From Isurus oxyrinchus (taxonomy: Eukaryota): DNA of 64,000 nucleotides. The stretch spans positions 248,001 through 312,000 of the forward strand of contig JANJGN010000151.1 of NCBI GenBank assembly GCA_026770705.1, read 5' to 3'. Every line of letters begins with the position of its first letter. Position 1 is the first letter of the stretch. Below the pieces are notes generated by a model. The model saw only the letters and a list, made by a program, of their open reading frames with translations, was not told the origin of the DNA and made no database searches. The translations under genes were made by a program, and so were the position numbers. Shown piece by piece: positions 24,849-37,516 of this stretch.

Positions 24849-27800
24849 GTAAGAACCACACATTTATTTAGTAACTGTTTTATTTGAGTGTTTGCTTTTT
24901 TTGTCTATTTTAATAATTCATTCAGCCAACGAAACCTGGGTTTGGTGGATTCTGTATGCAGAATTTTTACAATGTTTCATGTGATTCTGCTGAAATTGAG
25001 TTATGTAATTCCGCTGTGTCTTGATAAGAAGTGTTGCTGAGGGATTGAGACCCTGGTTGTTGTGATTTGGTATTTATCTGCTGAGGATACTGTGTGGCCG
25101 GGCTTCTTGAAATATCTAACGTTTGTAAAAACAGTTTGACGTTTCTGCAATGTTTAATCTCGGTGACATCTAATGGCTGCGGGTTTTACCATCTGTTGCA
25201 CAAGGGTTTAAACAAGTTTGAAATCAAACCCAATGTTAACAAAATATGCTTAAGTTTCAATATTAATTTATTGAACATGTTCCGCCTACTCACAATGCTG
25301 TTGACATTATTCCATATTTCTGTTTAGTTTAATTATTCATTCATTTGGTGACGAGCGGTTGTCTGGATTCGATATTGAGATTTTCTTGCAATGTTACATT
25401 GGATTCTGTTGGAAGTGTTTGTAGAATTGAGCTGCTTCTCCATGAAACGGGTTTCAGCCCCTCAGTGATGTGATTTGGTGTTTTTCTGCTGAGGAGATTG
25501 TGTGTCTGGGTGACTTTGAACAAGTAGAATTTATGAAACGGTTTGGCGGTTCTGCATTGTTTCTGCTTTGTTTAAACTCGGTGATATTGAGCGGTTACAC
25601 GTTTTGCGATTGAATCGAAGCAGCCTCTTCGTATCTGCTTGAAGCGCGATTGTAGGCAGAAAACAGACAGGTTTCAGAAATGGGAAAAAAGCTCTTAAAG
25701 ATGTGTTAGAACATGTTGTCTTTATTTTAAGTGATAATTGCAGATTAAACTAAACCATGGATTATGGCGCTCATTCAGAATATAATTCGTTACTGCAATC
25801 AGAAACTATATAATTACCACATTCAAGTTGTAGACTAAAACTAATACAATTCAAACAATTATAATGTGGTAATATTTCTCTATATTAACTGAACAGCTTT
25901 CATATTAACATAATTGATCATTAATCGGCCTTTCATAATTTTGTTGGGCACTGCGCACAATTAACATGCTCGGGAAAGTTTTTAGGCTGGAAACATTTTG
26001 TGATTATTAATGAAACAATTTCAATAAGAATATACTGATTCTACAAATTTGGTCAATTTCACATGGGATTTTGAATTATATTTTATATCGCTGATAACGT
26101 TTGCATTGACTTAAAGAAGAGTTTGACATTTCAGTTTGGCAACGTGTCTATCCGGTTATTACATTCTTTCTGTGCAGCTGTAACCATATTATTCCTTCAA
26201 TGTCATTGGGATTTGGATAGCGAGACAATTGTCACTAATCTAATCTTAAACAGTTTTCTGGGGTTGGTGGGGGTGAGGGGTGGAATTCGCTGGCAGTAAA
26301 TGAATTGTTCTTACGTTTTTTTGAACTGTAGGAAGGTGCAGATTGCATATGAATAGAGATTGACAAGGAAAGGCTTGAAATTAGAACAAATTAATTTAAT
26401 TGCAAACATTAATGTTAGTTTTGATTTTAATTGCGAACATTAATGTTAGTTTTGATTTTAATAACAACATCCTGTCTACCAGAGCTGTGCTGTGCACAGG
26501 ATAGGATTATAGGAGAAGAACAGATTATATCTGAGATTCATGCTTAATTCTTATTAAATATTAAATTGAAGAACAAAATCTCGATTCAATTTGCTGATTA
26601 TATTTCAGTGTCACAGATGATATGAATGAACTGTTCTCATCAAGTTTTATATTGATCAGTTTGGATCTTCTTTCAATGAACAAAAATGTAACAATTAAAG
26701 AATAGGGATTGTTATCGAGGAAAAATTTTATTGATAATAAGTAACTGCCAGGAACATTTTCTTACATATAGTTTGGAGTTAAGAAAAGTTTCCTTTAGCA
26801 AACAGATGGTGTTACAGCTCATTGACACTTAATGTGATGTGAACCCGGCCAGATTTGAAAGTATTTCCAATATTCCACTGATAAATTCGCCCTGTGAATT
26901 ACTCGATGAGAATAGATGGAATTTATGATTTCTCAATGCGTTCGGAAACACGCATAGCTTGCAATATTGTTGGTTAAATCAGAGCAGTAGAAGTAGAAGC
27001 AAAATCGCATATCGTGCTTAGATTTAAGTAAAATTGATACACTTGCCTGAATGTTACCATCTAGCAATTTGCAGTTTATTGTTTAACATTGTTTCAGTGT
27101 CAGGTTGATTTAAATAAACCCCAATTATTTCACTAAGTACCAGAGAGAAACAAATTTTCAATTTTTGAAAACCATTTCTAATATATAGTAGAAATCAGCT
27201 GACAAGAAAATGAGTCGGCAATAACAAGATCATTATCTTACAATATAATATTAGTGATAATTAATTCAACATAAATGTGCTCCAACAACTAAATAGTATA
27301 ATGGTTATTATAATGAATGCAAAATCTCAATGGAGAGAATTTTTAATTGAATCCAAAATTAATTTAGAAAAGAATACTTTTCTTACTCAGCTGTGCTCAG
27401 GTCGATAAGGAATTCCGCCTTGATGTTTTTATTGGTTCTATTCATACCTAAAATCAAATCAAATCAGCGGGTAATCGGTTTTCAATATGAATGTTTCCTG
27501 ATTTGTTTAATTCTTACCCTGTCATTGAGTCTCTGTTCTGGACACCAAATTATCTTGAACCTGTAATTTTTGCTGTGCTCATTTTCAGGGTAACTTAAAT
27601 CCTATATTATTTGGAGATTCGAGACAGATCAGAGAGAATTAGATGGACTTAAAAGGGAAGTTTGAAATGAAAATCAGATTAATTTCAAAGGAGTTATAGA
27701 ATAATTGTAGTAAATTGACCGTTGATCAATTGGAATCAAACAGCTTGAGTGAAATGGACAGATTGAACAGATCTCTCTGCTGGGAACTCGCTTGTTGCAC

Positions 27801-28219
27801 CATTTGTGTCTGTTCTGTTTCAGCGCGCGTGCTCATTGTGCTGGGACCAAGAATCTTCCTGACTGGTTGAAAACCGTCTGGTTCACTCTCCTGTATTTCA
27901 GGAAGTGTAATTCGCTTTATTTCTTCAAAAAACTTGTATCTGTGAGAAATGTGAAAGTTTGACTTTTTGACCAGGCACCTCAGAAATGAAATGCCCAACC
28001 CATTGTGACAGTCAGAAAGGACAATTCAGAAACGACAGACAAACTGTTGAAGGAGATTTGGTTGATTGTAAACCAGTGATATATCTGTCTTGGGAGTGTT
28101 CGGTTAGGCAATGCAGAGAGAGTTTTATCCTCTTTTAATCCGTGCTGTAGCAGTCCTTGACCTATTTGGTTGGACAATGTGGAATAAGAAATTAGCCTGT
28201 ATCTTATTTTTAATCCTGT

Positions 28220-28810
28220 CATAGGATGTTGGGATCACTGGCAAGGCCAGCATTTGTTGTCCATCCCTAATTACCCCTTGAGGAAGTGTTGAAATGCCGC
28301 CTCCTTGAATAGCTGCAGGTTCACTCACAGTGCTGTTAGGAAGGGAGTTCCAGGATTTTGACATATTGAGAGTGAAGACACGGTGATATCATTCCAAATC
28401 AGGATGGTGAGTGCCTTGGAGGGGCGCGTACAGGGGGCAGTGTTCCCAAGCACTTGCTGCCCTTGTCCTTCTAGTTAGGAGAGGTTGCAGGTTTTGACGG
28501 TGCTGCTGAAGGAGCCTTGGCGAGTTGCTGCAGTGCATCCTGTATATGGTACATACTGCTCTCACTGTGCGTCTGTGGGGGAGGGTGTGAATGTTTAAGT
28601 GGATGGGGGTACCAATTCTGTGGGCTGCTTTGTCCTGGATAGTATTGGGTTTCTTGGGGTTTGTTGAAATTTCACTCATTGAGGCAAGTGAAAACTATTC
28701 AATCCCAGTCCAGACTTGTGACATGTAGATGGTGGGTTGTCTTTGGGTGAATTACTCGCCAGTGAATTCCCAGCCTCTGACCACCTCTTGCAGCCACAGC
28801 ATTTATATTG
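28220..28810 (-). mobile_element. LINE 3'-end/SINE relic in the J-C intron
   Basis: Minus-strand DTIQDKAA..AVCTIYRMHCSNSPRLLQQH-like sequence, also present at about 16000-16200 (+). Confidence 0.7.
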
Positions 28811-29549
28811 AAACTGGATTGAACCCTCTTCTGGGCATATTTCATAGGACAATGTAGAGGGAGTTTTATTTTATATCAAACCAGTACTGTACCTGCTCCG
28901 GAGTGTTTGGCAGTTCAGTGGAGAGTTGGCTTTCTGTTGAATCCCACCCTTGCAGCTGATGACAGGAGTGTACCGGGGGAGGAGTGGGGGATTTAATCCA
29001 TATCTTAACTTGTCCTGTTACTGACCAGACAGTCTTTTCCCCGCAGATGTCAAACAAACTGAATCAGTAATTGGCTGTGAGTCCTCTAGCCAGATCTGTG
29101 AAAATAAATTGTTCCATTGCTCGCTTGAAATGACACACATTAATTGTTTTTAACCATATTTCTGGAGCGAATATGTATAAATTTTAATGAATTAATTATG
29201 TTTCAGCATTTTGAGTATCAGAAAATCATTGAATGTGAGTGAGCTGAACTTGAGCACAATTTCAGAACAAACAGAATCAGGGAGGGACAGTGAGTTTCCA
29301 GAGGGCAGTGCCTGTTCTGATCTGATCAGGGGCTGAGAGTTATTTAAACGATTGAAATGGACAATGACCATCCTCCCGCTCCAAATAGCCAGCCGCGGGG
29401 GATTTGGGGAAAAGGAGCAGCCATCAAAAACTGAGTCATCGGATTGCCGCCTGCAGGGGGAGGAATGAATGACAGAAACAAGGGACCAAGAGGACATTCG
29501 GCCCTTCGATCCTGCCCTCCATTCAGTAAGATTATGGCTACTCTACCTC

Positions 29550-30542
29550 GACACACTCAGTCTCTTTACCACAGACCCTCACTCGCTCACTCTCTCTGTC
29601 ACACCCCTCTCTTTGTCACACACACACACTCTCACATTTTCCCTCTCACACACAAATTCTCTTTAACATGTACACATTCTGTCTCTCACACATTGCCTCT
29701 CTCTTTCACACACACTCTCACACAGACACTCACATTCTCTCATACACATGCTCTCTCAAATATACACACTCTAACACACGTGCACACTATCTCTCTCACA
29801 CACACATGCACTCTTTCTTTCTCACACATGCACTCTCTCTCACATTCACAAACACATGCACACTCCCTCACTTTTACGCACACCCACTCTCTCTCTCTCA
29901 CATACATGCATCCTCTCTCCCACACACATACACACTCTCACACATGTACACACTCTCCATTCTCTCTCTCTCACACAGAAACACAAACACATTCCCTCTC
30001 ACACACACTTTATCTCACACCTGCACTCTCTCTCATTCTTTCTCTCTGATACAAACATTGGCTCTCTCTTTCACACACTCTTTCTCTCCCACACACACGT
30101 TCGCTCTCTCACACACTTTCTCTCACACATTTATACGACCAATCACTCACACCCCTACACATTCTCTTTCTCTCTCTCTTTCTCTCTCTAACTCTCACAC
30201 ACACACAGCAGCTCTCTCTTATACATACATTTCTCTATCTCAGACACTCTCACACTTATACTCCCTATGACATGCACAGAAAAACACACTTTCCCCCTCT
30301 CACACACACACAGACTCTCTCTCTCTCACACACACACATGCACTCTTTCTCTCCCACACACACATTCTCCATTTCACACACTCTCATGCTTATACTCCCT
30401 ATCTCACACACACACACTCTCTCTCTCACACACACTCCGTCTCTCTCTGTCTGTGTCTCTCTCTCTCTCTTAAAAACACACAAACACTTGCATGCACTCT
30501 CTCTCTCTTTATCACGCAGACACACACACATTCTCACACACA
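29550..30542 (+). repeat. Degenerate (CA)n/(CT)n low-complexity array
   Basis: Almost G-free CACACT/CTCTCT tracts. Confidence 0.95.
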
Positions 30543-31117
30543 GAAGTGGGCTGAAAATGCTAACTGCAGAATGAAAATCCATTAAGCTGCATGCATGTTC
30601 ATTGTTCCATTTCTGATGCCTTTTTGTGTAAAATGAAATTACACAGGTGACATCACTATATATGTGGAGAATTTCCAATTGTTGAACCAAACACAAAGAA
30701 GCAAGGAAAGGGGAGGGATGTGACAGAGACCACAGCCAGCTGGATCCCCAATACCAGTGCACAGTTGGTGCAAGATACCTGCATGGCACATCCTGGTTTT
30801 GCTGTAACCTTCCCCTCCAGACCCCTCAGTCTGCCTGTTCGTGTACTGACATGGGTTTCTCAAAGAAATGCATCGGCATTAAAGCAGGTGGCCAGCGATC
30901 TACACTGCTGCCTGACTTTACACAGCCGGTGTTACTGAAAGCTGATCAATCTGGAGAATCGGGACAGGATCGATGGAGATGAAGAGGAGGAGGTGGAGGT
31001 GGTGGAGCCGAATGGAGGAGCCCCCAGCTCGGCTGTGGACAACAGGCAACGGAAAGCTGAGCCGGAGCAGAAAATCATCTGGAAAAACATCACCTTGATG
31101 AGCCTACAGCATCTGGG

Positions 31118-32065
31118 CACCCTCACTACCCACAATCACTCACCCTCACTCAATCTCACTCACTCACTCACCCTCACTCCCTCACACTCACTCCCTCACC
31201 ATCATTTCTTCACCCTCACTCACTGGCCCTCAGCCACCCTCACTCACCCACCGTCACTCACTCAGCCTCACTCCCTCACCCTCACTCCCTCACCCTTACT
31301 CACTCGCACTCTCTCGCTCACCCACTCTCACTCACCCACCCTCACTCACCCACCCTCACACACCCACCCTCACACACTCACCCTCACTCACCCTCACTCA
31401 GGCACCCTCAATCATCCACCCTCACCCACCTTCACACACCCTCCTTGACTCACCATCAATTACTCACTCACCTTCACTCACTCACTCCTCACTCACAACC
31501 CTCACTCTCTCACCCATCACTCTCTCACCCATCACTCATGCACCCTCACCATCCTCACTCACCCTCACTCAACCTCACTCCTCACTACCACTCACTCACT
31601 CTTACTCACCCTTACCCACCCAGCCACATCCACCCTCACTCACACACCCTCACTCACCCTCACACACTCACCCCCTACCACACCCTCATTCACTCACCCT
31701 CAGTCACTCACCATCAATTACTCACCCTCACTCACACACCCTTACTCACCCTCACCCACCCAGCCTCATTCACACTCATCCACCCACCCTGATATACCCA
31801 CTCACCGTCACTCACATACGCACCCTCACATACCCACTAACCTTCAATCACCCACTCATCTACCCTCATTCAAACACCTGCCCTCACTCAGTCATCCATT
31901 CTTACTCTCCCACAATTAGACACCCACCCACGCTCACTCACTACCCACCCTCACTCACTCCTTCACTCACCCACGCACCCTCACGCACTCAGCCACCCAC
32001 CCCCACTCTGTCACTCAGCCACCCTCACTCTGTCAATCATGCACATGCTCACTCACTCGATCACT
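31118..32065 (+). repeat. C-rich (CTCA/CACC)n array
   Basis: CACCCTCACTCA repeats, almost G-free. Confidence 0.95.
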
Positions 32066-32269
32066 TTTCTAATTCAGTGTGTGGGAGGGCGGGAACTGCG
32101 GGGAAGAGAGACTTAGAAGCGAGGCCTGAGGCCTCACAGTGTCAGAAAGTGGAGCATGGCCGAAGGGAGTGATGAGTATCAGTGGAAAGGCCAGAGAGAC
32201 AGGCGAAAGCACAGGGACCCTTAGAGTAAGTGCAGTTGGCTTGGGGAAAGGACAAAGAGGCGTGGGAGA

Positions 32270-34110
32270 TAGGGCATAGAGGGGGCAGCACGGCAGAGGG
32301 GAGGGGGAGGGGGAGGACATGGCAGAGCAGCCTGGTAGGAAGGGCAGAGAGCTGGGGAAAGGTCAGTGAGAAGTGGAGTAAGGGGCAGAGAGGCGGGATG
32401 GGGAAAGGGCAGAGAGGGGAGGGGGAAAGGGCAGAGAGGTGGGGGGAGAAAGGGCAGGGAGGTGGGAGGGGGAAAGGCAACGAGGCAGGAAGGGGCAGAG
32501 AGGCGATGGGAAGGGCAGAGAGCCGGGGGAAAGATTGCAAAGCCAGTGGAAAAGGTCAGAGAGCGGAGCAAAAGCACAGAGAGCCATGGGGTAGGTGCAG
32601 AGAACTGGGGGAGAAAGGGCAGAGAGACGGGAGGGGGAAAGGGCAGAGAGGTAGAGGGGGGAAGGGCAGAGAGGCGGGAGGGGGGAGGGCAGAGAGGCGG
32701 GGGATGGGCAGAGGGGGGAGGGCAGAGAGGCGGGGGGAGGAGGGCAGAGGGGGAAAGGCTAGAGAGGCAGAGGGGGAAAGGGCAGAGAGGTGGGAGGAGG
32801 AAGGGGCAGGGAGCTAGGAGGGGGAAAGGCAGAGAGGTGATGGGAAGGGCAGATAGCTGGGGGAAAGATCATAAAGCCAGTGGGAAAGGTCAGAGAGCGG
32901 AGCAAAAGCACAAGGAGCCATGGAGTAGGTGCAGAGAACTGGGGGAGAACGGGCAGAGAGGCGGGAGAGGAAGAGCAGGGAGGCGAGGGTTGGAAAGGGC
33001 AGAGAGGCAGAAGGAGAAAGGACAGAGAGTCGGAAGGGGAAGGGCAGAGAGGCGGGAGGGGGCAAGGGCAGAGAGATGGGAGGGGGAAAGGGCAGAGAGG
33101 CGGGAGGGGGCAAGGGCAGAGAGGCGGGAGGGGGAAGGGCAGAGAGGTGGGAGGGGGAAAGGGCAGAGAGATGGGAGGGGGAAAGGGCAGAGAGGTGGGA
33201 GGGGGAAGGGCAGAGAGGCGGGAGGGGGAAGGGCAGAGAGGCGGGAGGGGGAAAGGGCAGAGAGGTGGGAGGGGGAAGGGCAGAGAGGCGGGAGGGGGAA
33301 GAGCAGAGAGGCGGGAGGGGAAGGGTAGGGAAGCGAGGAGTGGATAGTGCAGAGAGGCAGAAAGGGAAAGGATAGAGAGTCAGGAGGGGTAAGGGCAGAG
33401 AGTCGGAAGGGGAAGGGCAGAGGGGCAGAGGTGGGAAGGGCAGAGAGGTGGGAGGGGGAAAGGGCAGAGAGGTGGGAAGGGGAAAAAGCATAGAGGCGGG
33501 AGGGGGAAAGGGAATGGAGGTAGAGGAGGGAAAGGGCAGAGAGACCAGAAGGGAAAAGGGAAGGGAGGTAGAGGGGGGAAGGGCAGGGGTGGAAAGGAGA
33601 GAGGCAGGTGGAAAGGGCAGAGAGACAGGGGAAGGGCAGAGGTGCGAAGGGCAGAGAGGCAGAGAGGAAAGCGCAGGGAGCTAGACGGGGAAGGGCAGGG
33701 AGGCAGAGGGGGAAAAGACAGGGAGGCGGGAGGGGGAAGGGCAGGGAGGCAGAAGGGGGAAGGGCAGGGAGCCGGTGGTGGAAAGGGCAGACAGGAGGGA
33801 GGGGGAAAGGGCAGAGAGACGGAGGGGGAAAGGGCAGAGAGGCGGGAGGGCGAAGGGCAGAGAGGCGGGAGGGGGGAAGGCAGAGGGGCAGAAGGGGAAA
33901 GGGCAGGGGGAAGGGCAGAGGCGGTGGAGGACAGAGAGGCAGGAGGAGGAAGGACAGGGAAGCGGGGGGGTGGAAAGGGCAGAGAGGCAAGGGGGAAAGG
34001 GCAAAGTGGCGGTGGGGAGGGGTGGGGGGGGGGGGTGGAAAGGCAGAGAGGCCGGAGGGGAATGGGCAGAGAGGCCGGAGGGTGGGCGAAGGGCAGCGAG
34101 GCGAGCTATA
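32270..34110 (+). repeat. G-rich purine tandem array (about 23-24-bp unit GGGCAGAGAGGYGGGAGGGGGAA)
   Basis: Dozens of units; an internal ~120-bp block is duplicated at about 32507 and 32839. Confidence 0.95.
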
Positions 34111-34559
34111 GCGGGGAGATCAGGGCGTCAGCAGTTGCGAGCCGAGGCCCCAGGCACCCTGGGCCCCACTCTCTCTATCTCTCTCTCTCATTGTCTCTTC
34201 TCCTCCTGAAATCCTTTCCATTCCCGGGGAAAGGACCTCAGTGTCTGGGATAGAAGGGAGACAATGTCTCCGTGCGCTTCCCCCCGTTTCCCTGCGCATT
34301 TCTCCAGCAGGTGCTCGCTGCCCCTCCAATCACAACCTGTTTGCCTCCCACTTTTACTGCTGATAGGCCCACCAATCAGCCTATCAGCAGTTAACGGGTA
34401 GATGACTCGCCAGTGATTGGAGGAGCAGCTCCTTCCAGATATCTTCAACTCCACTTACCTGCCTGACCAGCATTTTGAACAACATCTCCGGGGGCCATAT
34501 GGAGGGGCTTCGGGGGCTCTTATCCAGCCACAGGACACGGATTGGACAAGCCTGTAATG

Positions 34560-36140
34560 AAGGAAAATAAGGAAATGGGCAGAGAAGTTGGCCAAATATT
34601 TTGGCCTTAACGAGGTGGTTACTAAAATAGCAGAGGCATTGGTTTAATTTTCCAAACTCCCCTGGATTCTGGAAAAGTCTCATCAGATTGGAAAATAGAG
34701 AATGAGGCTTTTATATCAAATAAAAGAGGTAAAGGGAAAGCAAGAACCGACAGGCCAGTTAGCTTAACATCTGTCCGAGGGAAAATGATGGAATCTATTA
34801 TTAAGGATCCTATCACGGATCACTAAGAAAATCCAAATGCAATTACATAGATCCATCATGGTTTTGTGACAAGTGGAGTGCCACAGGGATCAATGCTGCG
34901 GCCTCAACTATTTACAATTTACATCAATGACTTAAATGAAAGGACTGAATGAATTTGCTAAATTTGCTGATGACACACAGATAGATAAGAGAGTAAGTGG
35001 TGAAGAGGGGATAAAGGTCAGCAAAGGGATATAGATAGGTCATAGGAGTGGGCAAAAAAATGACAGAGTATAACGTGGGAAAATATAAACGTGTCCACTT
35101 TGGCAGGAAGAATACAAAAGCATCATTTTATTGAAAGGGAAAGAGATTGCTGAACTCTGAGGTACAGAGGGATGCAGATCCCTTGCTGCATGAATCACAA
35201 AAAGTTATAATGCAGGAACAGCAAGTAATGAGGAAGGCAAAGGGAATGTTGTCATTTATTACAAGGGGAATTTATACTCTGTCATTTTTTTGCCCACTCC
35301 TATAACCTATCTGTATCCCTTTGCTGACCTTTATCCCCTCTTCACCACTTACTCTCCAATCAATCTTTGTGTCATCAGCAAATTTAGCAAATTCATTCAG
35401 TCCTTTCATTAAAGTCATTGATATAAATTGTAAATAGTTGAGGCTGCAGCATTGATCCCTGTGGAACTCTGCTTGTCACAAAACCATGATGGATCTACGT
35501 AATTGCATTTGGATTTTCTTAATGACCCGTGATAGGATCCTTGATAATAGAAAATAATATAAAAGTAAAGATGGTTTGCAACAGTTTAACGAGGCGTCAA
35601 TGCGGCCTCGTCTGATTTAGTCTCCTTTAAGAAAGGATATAAAAGCATTAGAAGCTGTTCAGAGAATGTTCATTCAACTGATACTGGGATGTGTTGTCGG
35701 TTAACTTCTGAGGAAAGTTTGGATAGGCCTGTATCTATTGGAGTTTAGAAAAATAAGAACTGATTTTATTGAAACATATAAGATCCTGGGGGAAAATGAC
35801 AGGATGGATGCTGAAAGGATGTTTCCGCTTGTGGGAGAGACTAACGATAGGCAACGCAGTTTAAAAATAGGTCTCCCATTCTGGCGGAAATGAGGAGATT
35901 TTATATTTTTCTCTAAGGGTAGTGAAAGTTTCGAACTGTCTTTCCCAGAGAACGATGGAGGAGGAGTCATTAATATTTCAAGGCAGAAGTAGAGAGATTC
36001 TTCATTGACAAGTGAGTCAAAGATTAGCGGAGAGTAGGCGGGAGTTAACGCCACAATCAGATCAGCTATGATCGGAGTGAATGGTGGAGGAGGCTCGAGA
36101 GGCCGAATAGCCTACTCCTGCTACTGATCCGCACGTTCAC
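34560..36140 (+). mobile_element. CR1-like LINE containing an internal inverted duplication
   Basis: RPVSLTS, SGVPQGS, KFADDT and ETYKIL RT motifs in broken frames; 3' UTR at about 36050-36140. Confidence 0.88.
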
Positions 36141-36687
36141 ATGTACATACGATTGGAAAACGTCGTACTTACTGTAACTGGTATTCAATTTAGAGCTCTA
36201 TGGTCACTAGTAAGGTACCATTGCAAAGGTACCTTCGGAGAGTCGTTGCTATTCTTTGTTTTGGGGGTCATGGAGCGGGGAGTAAATTTGAACATAGCCA
36301 GTTTCCAAACTGCAATGATATAAATGACGAGACAATTTCTCTATCACCAAGTGCTGTTGATTGAGAAATAAATGGTGCCAAAATAATGGGGAAGATGCTC
36401 TGCTCTTCCATTTTAATCCACTGAAAGGTACGTCATTCAGATGACATCAAAATGTTCTCTTTTAGTAATGGGATAGAGGTGGGAAAAGAGGTGTGGGTTT
36501 CTAAAGAGGGAACCGACAGGCGAGGATCACCAAATGATGGAAATAATAAATGATGAAATGTGGATGTGGGTTTTAGTTGGAATATATTTGGATATGTTTA
36601 TAGTTATAGTTTAATTTCAAGTTGTTTGGTTACTTAATGATCACAATTCACAGAGTCTAACTTGTTCAATCGGCCATTCTTTCCCAG

Positions 36688-36987
36688 TGACACCGTCTTC
36701 GCCCACTCTCTACAGCCTGGTCTCCTCCTGTCAGCAACAAAACACCGACGGCTCCGTCACCTACGGCTGTTTGGCGATGGACTACTCCCCAGAAATCACA
36801 AGCTTGACCTGGAAGAAAGATGGGCAGCAGATTACCACTGGATTTAAGACTTACCCGTCAGTGAGAAACCAGAAGGGAACCTACACTCTGAGCAGCCAAT
36901 TAACCATCACCGAGTCAGAGGGAGAATGCAGCAAAATCAAGTGTGAGGTTCGACACAGCGTCTCAGACAAGAGCGTTGAAATGCAAT
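36688..36987 (+). CDS. IGHM: IgM constant exon CH1
   Basis: CCCAG| acceptor; [34 protein letters not shown]; ends T|GTAAG; 300 nt, phase 1/1. Confidence 0.97.
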
Positions 36988-37201
36988 GTAAGTGTTGGGG
37001 AACCTGTGAGAAACAGAAAGGCTGTGATTGACCTGTATAGGGCCTTGGTTATAACGCATTAATAGTGCTCTGCATAGTTCTGATCCCTGGAAATTCCAGG
37101 TTAGTGTCCATTGACTGCAAAGAACCTGTTAAAATATAAGAACTCATTGTATCTGTTATCAATTTCTTCTGCAAGAAATGGCTAACCTGTGTTTTTTGAA
37201 G

Positions 37202-37516
37202 GTCCTCCTGACATCTTACATCCAACTGTTCTCCTCACCGTGAGCTCCAAGGAAGAAATCACAACGAACAAATTTGCAACCGCCGTCTGTTCAATCATCG
37301 ATTTCCGTCCGAAGCCAATCACCGTGAAGTGGCTGAAAAATGGACAACCCATGAGTTCAGGAATTATCACCCCTCCCGCCTTTGAAGTGAACGGGAACTT
37401 CTCGGCGACCAGTCGGCTGAAAGTCTCTGCTGGGGAATGGTTCAGCGACGCAGTGTATACCTGTCAGGTCACTCACCAAGGGGTCACCCAAAGTCGAAAC
37501 GCCACCAAGTGTGAGG
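37202..37516 (+). CDS. IGHM: IgM constant exon CH2
   Basis: GAAG| acceptor; [33 protein letters not shown]; ends G|GTAAG; 315 nt. Confidence 0.96.

Noticed and set aside
29444-34253. Long His/Thr/Ser-rich and Gly/Arg/Glu-rich ORFs
   Set aside because: Artefacts of low-complexity repeats that lack stop codons.
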